Shown: in pieces, positions 1-12,000 of the stretch | Position numbering within the stretch: the stretch's first letter is position 1 | How the letters are laid out: the number at the start of each line of letters is the position of its first letter | NCBI GenBank assembly: GCA_000708835.1 | Contig: DF237157.1 | Location: 62,001 to 126,000 of the forward strand | Length of the DNA: 64,000 nt | Source of the DNA: Klebsormidium nitens | Taxonomy: Eukaryota; Plantae; Klebsormidiophyceae | Direction of reading: 5' to 3' | Position numbers and translations under genes: made by a program | Notes under the pieces: model-generated | What the model was told of the DNA's origin: nothing | The model's database searches: none | The model's input: the letters and a program-made list of their open reading frames with translations, nothing else

Positions 1-615
1 ATTATCTTTGGCTCATGATTTGCAAGTGACCTGCGACATGGGACAGTCGGCTGCCTAGCCAGAATGAAGCTATACCGCTTTTCTATCACTTGCAAATCAA
101 GGTACATTCGCAAGTAAGAAGAAGCTGCCAGGACAAGATTTAAAAATGTGCCCATCAAAAGAGCGGTCACTAGATTCATTCACTTCAATGCCACGATGAG
201 TCAAATTTGGCTACGTTTTCACTCCGTACCTTCCGGGACTACTGGCACTAGCTTTACTTCAAGGCTCAGTCTAATGTACGGTTCGTTTCACAGGTGCACA
301 ATTCTGGAGGGCGTCAATGCTATATTTCCTTCCGGGGGTGACTACATGTACACACAAAGCAGTCTCTCTTCTTACATGGAACAAAGCCGTGCCGGGGCAA
401 CCCGCAGCTGCAACCCTCCCGCGTCAACACAACCTACAGGTCCCCGTGTCTAAAGCTACCATACATCAAGCGGGCAATAAGGCCCTCCAATGAGAGTATT
501 CTACAATGGCTAGCAATCGCTGCGCCAATGCGCACCAGCAACCTACGAATCAAATGGGGTGTCGCCAGAGCCCCCCGCTAATCATATACAAACGGGCAGT
601 TGTCGCTCAACCCCC

Positions 616-3600
616 TCACATGAAATGCGTGACGACCAAGGTGATCAGCCGAACCGACGTGTATGCGAGACACACGTCCTCCACCGACTTTGCCACGCGC
701 GTGATCCGCCCCACGTGCCGCAGGAACCCGAAGCACCGCATGATGCCCCGCTTCTTCCGCGGTTTCGCGCTCACATCTTCCGACGGCAACCCGACCAGCC
801 CCCGGCACTTGAAGCTGACCGTACACGTGGCACGAAGGCGCATTTTCCGGCGGGTCGCTGGGGTTACGACCTTAACCCGGGGGCTCGGAGTCATGACCGG
901 GAGGGCGTCAAAGTCTGACATCGCATGCACCATTCCGTCCAGCTCCTCCTCGGTATCAAACAACCGTTCGAGACACAGGCTGCTGTTGCTCGGCTTGAGC
1001 TTCGGCCGTTGCATCTGAACCCGGCAGTCCAAGTCGAGACCCAACTCACACCCGGGAATCCGTGACCCGGTTCTTAACCCCATTCCGAAACCCATCCCGG
1101 GGGAGTGCGCGCCCGCACTCCCGATGCCCACCGACGCCTCGATCGACCCCACCCGGTTCAAGGGGCGTATTCCCACCCCCGCCGAGGGGCGTGTTCCCAC
1201 CCCCGCTGAGACGCACCCAAACTTCTCAAGCCACGGCTGCGTGGATTGACCCACGTGGGTTACGTAGTAACTGATCTCGTGCTCCCGCAACAAACCCGGG
1301 TTGGTCATCCCAAGCGCAAATCCGAGCTGACACTTGATCGACTTGAGCTCGCTGTAGAAGGGGAGAAACGCCTTGGAGTCCCTGTCCAAAACCACCATAT
1401 GCCCGGCCGCCGCGTAAATTGCGGAGAAGGGGGGAAACGCCACCCGGATGAGCCCCTTCAGCACCCCCCTGAGACGGGGCGGAATCAAACCCCCCGCGCC
1501 GCTGAGCAAAGCTTTTGCGCCAAGGACGAGGGGCCCGAGGGGAGAGGGACGGAGGAAGCGCGCGGCGAGATCGACGGCCGCGAGCGCGTCCAACGGGTGG
1601 TCGCCACGTGTCGAGCCCATGGCGAGGTTGAAGAGGCCAGCGACAAGCGGAACCATGCGCGGGACAGCGTCGTGCTTGGATAGGATGTGCACAAACAGCT
1701 CCTTGTACTCGGTGTTAATGTGGTCGGCCAGGTCGCCTGCACAAGAAATTGACACCATCAGAATGTTGACAACAGTGACGCATGGAACAACTTAATACCT
1801 GGCAAGCAACGTGCCTGGCATTGCATCGCACCCGCATTACAATCAAGAGCAGATGTAAAAACCCTTTAACAGCAAGGATATTACAGAGTGCTGACAAACT
1901 CGAGCGTGATGTTTGCTTGTGAAGATCAATCTCTCGTCCACACAAGCAGTACTCCTACTGCAAAGCGCGCTGCCAACCCGCCAACTGAGAGGGATTCTTC
2001 AGACCATCTGGATTTTGCCCCCAAATCAGGAGGGGACCCCGGAACACATGCAACGTGACGGACAAACTTCGATTCAAAGCTCACCGTTGGCGAACAGCGG
2101 GCACCCGAACGTGATGCACTGCAGCTGCGAGCGGACCTCCCCGTGCGTCGCCTCCATCACGCGCAGCGTAAGAAGCGCCGCGACCGCCCCCCCCATCGAG
2201 TGGCCCGTCAGAACGATGTGCTCCCCCGCCGCCAGCAGATCGAGCATCGGCTGAATGTCGATCGAGTGCGCGCGCTGCACGAAGCCCCAGTGCGCGGCGC
2301 CGAGTCCGAGAAAGCGCTTGTGGACGAGTTGCAAGTCCTGCAAAGATTGGGTTGGGATTTGGGTTAGCACTCCTGAAGTCAGTCTATGACATGAGGAGAG
2401 AACGGTCGACAGGAGAGAAAGTGAAGATTGAAATGTGTGAGCTGCACAAAGCCCCAGTGCGAGAAGCCGAGACCGAGAAAGCGCTTGTGGACGAGTTGCG
2501 AATCCTGCGAGCATTAAATTGGGATCTGAGTCAGTACTTCTGAAACTCATTCATCGAGGAGGGAGAACGGGCAACAGAGAGACAGAGAAGGTACCAGTAG
2601 AATGTGTGCGCAGCCAGGGTGCGGCGCCGAGACCCAGGAAGCGCTTGTGGACGAGTTGCAGGTCCTGCGAACTTGCGTCAAGAAACTCGAATGATGTTCG
2701 TTATGCCTGCTGAATTTAAGATGACAGGAAAAGGATCGGAGCACTCAGACAGCCACAAAGAAGAAGGAGGGAATGCGTGCCTCGCACGAAGCCCGAGTGT
2801 CTGGCGCCATTCCAGAAAGGGCTCGTTGGCGAGTTGCAAATTCTGGTCAAGGGATTGGGATAATCTGTCTTGACGAATATACTGGGCTGGAATGGCTTGA
2901 CAATCAGATCAAACGAGGATCTTGCAAACAGATGAAGGAGGCAGGTAATATGTGTGAACTCGTCGGCACCTAAGACAAACCAGCTCCAACGGCACCTAGT
3001 GAGTGACTTGAAACACATGCCATGGGCATCTGAAGAAACTCTGACTGGCAGATAGTGCTTAGAAGGCAATATCTCCGAGCCGCGTGCCATATCCAGATTG
3101 GTACCGGGTCAAGTTTTAAGGAATGCAACCACATCCATTCTCAAGAAAACACCAATCTCTGAAGAATAGAAGGAGTAGCACTGTTCACTGCTTGAATGCC
3201 GTCAGTTGCTCTCAAACGCTTCCACTTCGCAGCCATCCCACAAGGACTACTCAAACCCTTCCTCAAACCCACCTGCATGCCGAAACACTTGCTCAACCTT
3301 TTTTCACTCACCTGCTTGCCCAAACCCGTTTTCACACCCATCAGGAAAACCCGCTCTCAAACCAGTCCTTAAACCCCTTTTTAAACCCACCTGGATCATA
3401 TCCTGGAAGCAGTCCGTCCCCCGGCAGGCCACCAAGTAGTGCCCGTGACTGCTCTTCACAATCACGTACGGTTGCGCCGACAGCCTCCGGCGCACCTTCT
3501 TCCCGTCGCGCACTTTCTCCATGTTCCCGTGCTTCACCACCTCAACAGAACCGCACGGAAGCTCCGCGCGGCTCAGCTCCATGTAGAACAACATGTCCTG

Positions 3601-6373
3601 TTGGAAAAGGGTTCTTGGAAAGGGTCAGAAGATTGCTCAAAAATCCTACATGAAAATATGGATTAGTATGAGGGAGAATAATGTCAGATCAGCACCTGGT
3701 TGAGCTCAGTGCGGCTAAACATGACACGGGTCAGCTCCATGTAAGAAAGCATGACGAAGCATGATAAATGACCCCGTTCTGTCTCAGCAAGAGAAAGAAC
3801 AGAGCCTGCCAATCACATTTGATAGCATGCTTCTGTCCTTGTTAGCATCTCTGGATTCATATGCCCGTGCATAGAGCTGGCAAATTGGAACTTCATATGC
3901 CCGTGCATAGAGCTGGCAAATTGGAACGTCAGACAGAGTAATAAAAGCACACTCTGCACTACATGAAACATCCAGCATCATGGACTGTCCATTCCTGCTC
4001 TTTGAAACGAGCTTGCAGAGCAACACAAATCCAAAGCATCGGTCACGCAAGGTTTGCATGCGCGCTTGAGTGGGAGATCTTGCATCAGCTGGACCAGGGT
4101 GGTGTGCGAAGATTCGAAAAAGGAATACAGAGCCATTCTTGTGTCCACTTCTAGCCACATGCCTGCCTGATCTAGACCAGAAGGAACTGTCCACTAAACC
4201 CTGAGGTCTTGAGAAAGACAGAGAGGACAGAAACAAGACAAATCACCAAAAACCTTCTGAACTCCCAATCATATTAGACACCAAAGCTGTAGCTAGGCTC
4301 ACTTAGAAGCAGGAAGACGAAAGAGGAAACCCTTGGCCAACAAGCTGGCGCTTTCATGCAACTACGTGCTTGATGCATGCACCTCAGACTCCCTGCCGGA
4401 ATCAACGCTTGAAAAGCTCCACACACTTGGCGACAACCCAAAGACCTGAGGGGACATTGAAGCATCCACAGGATCACACTGCCCCTAGCCAGAAGCGAAA
4501 CAAACAACTCCAATTGGAAACCCACGAATGATAGTCTCGTAAATGATCCAGCTATTAGCACCGCATATGGTGAACAAACGTCAAGAAATGTGTAGATGTA
4601 TAAGACTATTTATGACCTTCTCTGATCACAATCTGTTAAACTGGGCTTGATCAGCATTGAATGATGTCCGTCCTCATAAATAACCACTGCATAATATGCC
4701 TCGACTACTGCCAAAATAAGGCACAACCTCTTTGGCGGCTTTATCAACACGATCGAGTGAAGGGTTTGCGTTAAATTCCTTATATCAAGAAGAGAAGCAA
4801 GTGAGACAGGATATGAACACGGAGGAGAGCAAGCGGCGCAACTCACCGCCAGCTTGGTCTCATACACCGCCCTTGACAGCACAAGCGCGTCGATCATTTG
4901 TGACGAGAAGCACGGCCCCTCATGCGGCTCCTGACACGCTGACAAACTGGTCGCCCTCAGCAGCTCTCTTGCAAACGTCGGCGCCTCGCTAAACGACCTC
5001 CTGAGTAGGTTTGATGGCCGGGGGGTGTCGGACAGGGAGTGCCTACGGCGCAGGGGGGAGGTTTGCTGCTGTAAGCCCGGATGGAGATGGGTTTTTGGAC
5101 TGTTTGGACAGCTGGCAGGGTCCTCGGGGATCTCGGACAGCTGTCGGCGCAGGAGCGGAGGGTGGGGGCTGTAACTAGCAGCGGTGTCAAAATTGGCGGT
5201 GATGGGGAGTACAGTGACCTTTGGCAGGCTTCTGATGCGGTCTAAGCACAGTTTGGGGGGGGGCGACAGCACGGCCCCATGATCAGTGGTGGCAGTATAT
5301 GACGGTGTGCTGAATGGGAACGGCTCTGTCAGTCGCGAGCTTCCTAAATTGTGGAGAGGAGCATCCTGCTTCGAATTATTGCGGCGCAGCTCTTCAAACA
5401 CTGAGGTCGTACTCCGCAGTAGGCCCCCAGCCTGCAGCGGCATTTCGATGCTATCCAATGGCCCTAATGAGCACTCAGAGCTGTCTGACGGTGTCCATAC
5501 ACCATCTGACGGCGATTGGAAAGTATCCGACAGAGTTTGAGAGGCGTCCAACCCCGCCTCCGGCCTGCGAGCATCGAGAAACCCCGCCTCCTCTACATCA
5601 TCCACCAGAAACCCGCTCAGCTGGATGCTGCGCATGGTCCTCAAAAGCTCCCTCTCTGCCCCCACCGTCTGTTTGATCGCGGGCGTCTCGCAGTGAAACC
5701 CGCTCACGGTGCGGGCAATCCTTGCCCTGTCTGCCGGTGCAACCTCCCCAAAAGGTGCACTGCTGACGAGCTCCGAGGGTTTGTCCGAGACAGCTGCCTG
5801 GAACCCCCCAAAAACTGCGCGCTGACCTTCACTGTACAATGTCCTCTCCAGCCCTCCCCAGACTGCCTCACTGGATGAGACGGGGCTTCCTGGCACAAAC
5901 CCACCCTCTCCGATCCCCCCATCTGATGATCCAAGTGACAACAGACTGGGGGTTTTCGTCCCTTCCAACCCCGGACCAACCCCACCTTTGGCATGTGTTC
6001 TTGACTGAGGTCCAGACGCCACAGTGCGTTCAACCCCTCTCAAACTGCCCCCCGAATGCGCGGAGCCTTGGACAACATTGGTCACGTTGTTGAACGCAGG
6101 TCTGTCCTGATGCTCACGAGATCCTGCCTTGAACCCCTCCCCTCCATCATTCTCACGCAGAGAAGGGTCTGCAATGGACGCCGGTTCAACAAAGACGCTG
6201 TGTGAAACCTTGACTTGCCTGGTCCCTTGACTCTGACGGCCTTGGTTTTTAGCGTCAGTTTCTGAGAGAGGGCCCATCATTCTGACGGGGTTCAGAACCC
6301 TCTGTCCACCATCTCCTTCTATCCCAACATCTGTCTGTTCAGGATACAGACTTGCACCCTCCAACCGCCATGC
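616..6373 (-). CDS. Class 3 lipase (Lipase_3, alpha/beta hydrolase) with long low-complexity N-terminal region; multi-exon, 5' end unresolved
   Basis: Phase-consistent GT-AG exons: ~6373-4847 (ends ..MIDALVLSRAVYETKLA), 3597-3391 (DMLFYMELS..HYLVACRGTDCFQDMIQ), 2337-2085 (DLQLVHKRF..AHWGFVQRA..IVLTGHSMGGAVA..ITFGCPLFAN), 1736-616 (..HILSKHDAVPR..REHEISYY..). Shows the RGT motif, the GxSxG nucleophile elbow, and candidate catalytic Asp (HDAVP) and His (EHEISYY). The start codon lies upstream of 6373 and was not located. Confidence 0.85.
2270..2870 (-). repeat. Four degenerate tandem copies (160-178 bp period) of a lipase splice acceptor plus exon start
   Basis: Minus strand: cag|GACTTGCAACTCGTCCACAAGCGC (real, 2337), cag|GATTCGCAACTCGTCCACAAGCGC (2504), cag|GACCTGCAACTCGTCCACAAGCGC (2664), cag|AATTTGCAACTCGCCAACGAGCCC (2842). 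Confidence 0.9.
3857..3927. repeat. 36-bp-period tandem duplication inside a lipase intron
   Basis: tcatatgcccgtgcatagagctggcaaattggaac occurs at 3857 and again at 3893. Confidence 0.9.
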
Positions 6374-7111
6374 CTGATCAAAAGGTGAGGAGATCAGAAG
6401 GTGAAGGCAGTCCTTCTTCCACCCCTTCCAAAGGCGCGAGTTGAACCCTCTCCTTCAGGAGAAGAAACTTCTCTCCCAAGCAAAGCTGTGGCTGCATTGG
6501 ATTGGGAAATGATGACCGCCATGATCCAAGTTGGTCTAGTGCTCGTTCACACCCTCTGACTGTTTCTCTAGCCCTGCTTCTCGAAAGCGCCGAAGTACAC
6601 GCTGACCGCATCTGAGCCGTCCGATCTTCTGATCGGAGGGCTTTCATGTCAAGCAAGGCTGAGTGTGCTTGAACATGACTGGACATGTGAATACATTCCG
6701 CATCCAACCTGCATCTTGCAAGACTGCAGTTCGTGACGCGTCATCTGGACCGTCCGATGTGGATGTAGCATGCGTGTCAGCGCGCGGACATAGTTGGAGC
6801 CTTGGAGGGGACATCAGGGGGTTTACGTGGCAGAATCTGAGTGGCAACTGTCAGAGGTCAACTGTTCAAACCGCGGCAGTTCGCAACTCCCCTGCTGATG
6901 TCAGCGCCATGAGATCTGAAAGTCCTTGTCACACGTGTGTAAAGTTGCATGATATTTCTACCCAGCAGACTAGGTATAGGACACAAATCCTAGATCACAG
7001 TATCATGCAGGCGGATGGGTTGGGCAGTGGCTCACACACACGAGCCCGGTATAAATGGGTCGGCAAAGCCAACAGTCCGAAAATATACAAGTCGAGCCTC
7101 GATCTCGGTCT

Positions 7112-8075
7112 CTAGGATCCTCCTACCCTAGAAAGAGTATGCAAGTCTGCACTGCGAACTCGGGCGTCCTGGACTACCTGAGCTCTGAGACCTACCGACC
7201 TCTCAATCGCGCGGGCCGCTCTATGGTGAACTGCCCGGGCCTGGCTACGCTGGAGGCTAACCGAAACTCGCTGACGGAAGTAGCAGAGTAACCTAGATGC
7301 CATGGGTGCCGAATCTAGGCCACCCATCCTAAGCTCTGCTGCACGTCTAGCACAAGTGCCTAGGAACTCATCGAAGGAGGAGTCCAAACACCCGTATGTC
7401 TCGACCGCAAGGGGGATGAAGGTGTCGTCAGCGGGGTGATCGCCGTACTTCACCGTCTTCGCTTGCGCCGCATCCCGTGCTGCCCGCCCGCGCTCAACCG
7501 CGGCCTCCGGAAGCATCCCGTCTCTCAAAGGGTCCGCGACCGTCACGTCGGCTAGAATCCGGGAACCACCCCGGGGGTCTGCTCCGACTAAATCCATCCG
7601 CCGGCCCTCGGCGTCTCCCTCACGAATGGGCATCACCCCGTACTGCTCCATGCGCACACTATACCCAGACTCCCGCATGATGCCGGCTACCGTGTCCCTG
7701 AGGCTGTCGTGCGTGTCGTTGCGCTCGCTCCCGCGAGCGCAACGCAACAGGTGCTGTCCCCCCAAAGGACCCTGAAGGGACTGCCCGCACTCGCACAACG
7801 CAATGCCCGCTACCATCGGGTGCCGCAAACCAAGCCAACTCCGCAAAGCCGTCCGGAAGCACTCATCCTCAATCGTCAGTGCCTGAAACAGCGGGGCCGT
7901 CGACAGCCAGGCTGCCGCCCCCGGCCCGGTCTCGCTCACCAGCCGCGCTCGCTGAGCGGGGTCCCCCGTCTGGTCTCGGAGCCCCTGCACCGCTCCCAGC
8001 TCGATGGCTGCAGTCAGCCTCTCCTGCACGCCTCTCTCCGCCTCCCGACCGAATCTGGCTAAAGCGCCAAGCGCC
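7112..8075 (-). mobile_element. 5'-truncated non-LTR retrotransposon fragment, CRE-like (zinc-knuckle plus restriction-like endonuclease C-terminus)
   Basis: ORF 7112..8221 contains AAAWLSTAP..FRTALRSWLGL, the CCHC-type C-E-C..HLLRC..HDSLRD, RRMDLV..LADVTV (PD-(D/E)xK-like), AKTVKY, FIPLAVETYG and RQRVSVSLQRSQA, typical of the C-terminus of RLE-bearing CRE-clade elements. No RT motif (YxDD) is present; no introns; no obvious TSD or poly(A). Confidence 0.75.
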
Positions 8076-9019
8076 TGTCCAAGGCTTGAAGGTATCAGTA
8101 CAGGTCTTCCCGACACAACCTGATCATGTGTGCATGTTGAACTAGTTTCTGGATCACTGCGCCCCGAACGCAGCCGCCCGAAGGAGCAACACCTGAGGCT
8201 CCGATATCGATCGGCCGGCATTTCAATGGAACCGTACTTCTATGATCAAACCATTGTTGAAAAGCCCCAGATGCGTCCAGAACACCTTCGTTTCCGGAAG
8301 CCTGCCCGCTGCAGTCTGCCAGACTTGAAATACGTAAGTTCAGTTCAAGGATATTACAAACGAAGTGCGCTGAGCTTTCTAAAAGATAACTGTCATGCAT
8401 GATTGCTTGAAAGAGAAACGATGTCAAAATTAATGCAGTACGGGAGTCTACCGTACGTCCATCATGATCCTGATATCGCGACAACAATGTACATCATTGT
8501 ATGTCGTCAAGAATGGGCCAGCAATTGACGATCGAAGATGACTGAATCGCACAACGTACAACTGGCAATGCCTATTAGGGACATGTTGAGGACAAAAGTG
8601 TTTTCAGATCTTATTGGTTCTGTTTATATCTCCAAAAATTTGCAATCAACTTTTTGATGCGTGCACTATTTCTCACAAAACTTCGATGGTATGATTCAAA
8701 TTTAGTACTGTTACAAAACTGCAAAACTAGCATCACATTTGGACCGCGTTCACTGACTCGAACATTCATCAAGGAAACGAGAACTTGTACACTCCCTATT
8801 TTCCGCCTGTCAGCCTCGCTCTACCTGACTGCTGACGCTTCGTCCAATGCCACAATGGTGCCAAAGGATCAATCCTGATCTGTACCCAACGTTGGCTTTC
8901 CATTCAGAACAACAGTACCACTTCATAGGAGAGATCCCTTTCCAACCCGCCAATTTCCCACCACGTTCAAGCCCCTTTGAACCTCTGAACCGCCGGAAAA
9001 GGAACGAAATCTTCGCTCT

Positions 9020-12000
9020 TTAGACCGGCACTGCCTCTGCGATCGCCTGCTTCGACACGCTGACAATGTTATCCACCGAGAACCCGAACTTGGCAAACAG
9101 CGTATCATAGTCTGCGCTTGCGCCAAATCTGTCGACTGCGATAATCTTGCCCCGGGGGCCGACCCACTCCCGCCATCCTAGTTTGCTCCCGGCCTCGACT
9201 GAGACCCGGGCTTGGCACTCGAGAGGAAGAACGTCGTTCCGGTAGGACTCGGGCTGAGCTTCGAACAGCTCCCAGCACACCATGGAAACCAAACGGACCT
9301 GCAAAACATAGGGCCGGTGTAAACAACGGTCGTGAAACCAACAAAAGTAAAGCCCACCGTAGTATTTATTGCCCTTTGTTTCTCGATACAGATCAGATGT
9401 GACTCGAACTTCCCTATGTTTTTGTAGCGGAATTGACAAACAACGAAGTTTCACGTTTGAAGCTGCAACCTCGTTGTCAGAGATCTGTGCGCTTTTGATT
9501 CGTGAATCTTTAAAAAATGAACAAATCAACGCTTTCAAAGCAAATAAGCGCTTCCAGAATGACTATTTCTTTTGTCGTTCCAACAAAACCACGGACTTGA
9601 AGTTTGAGATTCGAAGGACCACGAGATTATCTTTTCTGTGGCTTTTCTGTATCAGTTTGTATCTGTCGATACCTCCACTACCGACCTTCTCTTCGTGACA
9701 GGTCAAGTGCCTCGGCTACTGAAGAGCATATCGTCAAGAACCTGTGAATTCTGTCCTTCGCTGAACCGCACGAGAACTGTCACAAGCTACATTTAATGAA
9801 CAATAAAAAGGAATAGCGGATGGAACATCGCACAGAGACTCCTACATGCGTGCGCTCCTCAAAATCTGCCCCTCGTGTGTAAGAAGAAGTAAGCAGCTAC
9901 ATTGTCAGTCCACAAAACTTCCTAAGCAAAGACTCAAACAGAGCCTTAAACTAAAGAAAGCTCACAATCTCGCACCTCTAACTCCAAGCTCCTCATACTG
10001 CCCCCAACTCCCCATTGTGAATAAACATTGACACCCGCCTCAACCAGTCAAATCAAGAAGCATAACAAGGATAAATTCAACAGCCACGCACCTTAAAGCC
10101 GGCCTCCTCGCGCATTTTCGTGGCGGCCTTCTCACTCAGCTCCAGCTCTGCGCCGGTCGCCAGAAGGATCAGGTCGGGGACCTTGCCCGGCTCCGAGTTG
10201 TCGCTGACGACATACCCGCCCTTCTCCACGTTGTCCGCTGACGTGCCGCTGACGACAGCGCTCGACAGCTTCTGGCGCGAGAGGACGATCATGGTGGGGC
10301 CGCTGCGGTTCTTGATGGCCACCTGCAGGAATGACGTCACGGATGCGTAAGCATAAAGGACGAAATCTCTAGACCGCTCGCTCAATAAAGCGAGTAAGAC
10401 AACTAAACAAAGATTCAATTTGCGGAGGAAACGCGTTGAATCGGCACCTTGCGGACCAAATGCCTTCAGAAGACCAGCTTGACAATTGGGCGGCAAAGAT
10501 TGGTTCACACAATTTATGAAGGCTGCATACTGGATCACTTGATGACACCTATTCTTTCTGCCTCCAAGCTTCTTTCGACTTGAGCCTTTTCGAATCTCCA
10601 CAAACAAAGAGACTTAAACGCAGATGCTCTGCATCGTTACGAGGCGTGCGGCGAGTGCTTGGACTGAAAAGCATTCATGGCTTTTGTGCCCAGATTGTTT
10701 GCTAAATATTCTCAAATCACCTGCTCTGACATTCAACCAGAGGAGTATTAATTGAGGGGCACAACAAGATAAATAAAGCAACCCGCTGGACGAAAAGCGA
10801 GGATTACCGTCTGACAAACGCAAAGACACGCTCGACGAGCAAAAGACGAGCAAAAACAAAAGTCTATCGATGTTTTTTCAACTCGTTTGGGTCTTCAGAC
10901 CTGGTATCAACCCGCCGACGAAACATTGAAGCCGATGAAGTCCTTCTCAACGTCTAACAATCATATTCGAGATCCACGTTCTGAGAACGCTGAGGGAGTA
11001 TGTTAGTTAAGGGACAATTCAAGGCGTCACAACCTCTTCTCGTGCCCTCATATATCACCACGACCATCAAGCAACCAGAACAAGCGAAATGCTCGTTACG
11101 TAAACCCACCTTGTATGCCCCGGCCACCTCAATGGCATCCCCCGGTCGCACCACCGTCATGTTGGGCATAGCCCTCAGACTCGCCAGGTGTTCCACCGGT
11201 TGGTGGGTCGGGCCGTCTTCTCCGAGGCCGATGGAATCATGGGTGACGACATAAATGACGCCAGCGTCGCTCAGCGCGCTTATTCTCACCGCCCCGCGCA
11301 TGTAGTCCGTGAAGACGAAGAACGTGCCGGCGAAGGGGATAAGCCCGCTGCGGTGCAGCGCGAGGCCGTTGGAGATCGCAGCCATTGCGTGCTCGCGCAC
11401 ACCTGCGACAGAGAATTTCAAGTTTCCCTTGCTTCAATTCCAATCTTCCAATATTTAATCTCTTGTTTTTCTGCGTTCTCTATGCACTTTTCCCTAAATG
11501 TTTGCAGGCTCCGCTGCACACTTTCGCATTACTGACTAACTTCAAAAGGTTTCGCAGGAGGATTTTGAAGGTTTAGGGTGAGGTTAATGTGTAAAAATGA
11601 GCGCGCACAGGCCGGCGGAAATTAGGGCCATCGCGTGCTCGCGCATCCCTGCGCCAGGCATAACGATTTTTGAGGGTTACGTATATTTGACTGACGTCAC
11701 ATTATTCGCAGGTTTAGGGGAATTTGGAGCTTAAGAAAAGAGCGCGCGCAGGTGGAGCGCGAGGCCGTTGGAGATGGCGGCCATTGCGTGCTCGCGCACA
11801 CCTGCGCGAGAGATTCTTACAGATCTGGTTTCTCTAGTTTTCATCCTGTCCTTTTTCGTTCTCTCTTTTTTTTTCTTCTGAAATTTCTAAGCATTTTCCC
11901 TTTATAGTTTTGCAGGCTCCGCTGTGGTGCAGCGCGAGGCCGTTGAACTGGCGGCCATCATGCTCACGCACACCTGCGCCAGGGTTTCCAGAGTTTTAAT

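Noticed and set aside
506-1018. 170-aa plus-strand ORF (and ORF 148..453)
   Set aside because: The 506..1018 ORF is mostly antisense to the last lipase exon and has no motifs; 148..453 has no recognisable features.
3730-3757. Weak echo of the lipase exon start at 3597 (gtcatgctttcttacatggagctga)
   Set aside because: Short and lacks the AG. Counted only as the exception in the echo tally, not listed as a feature.
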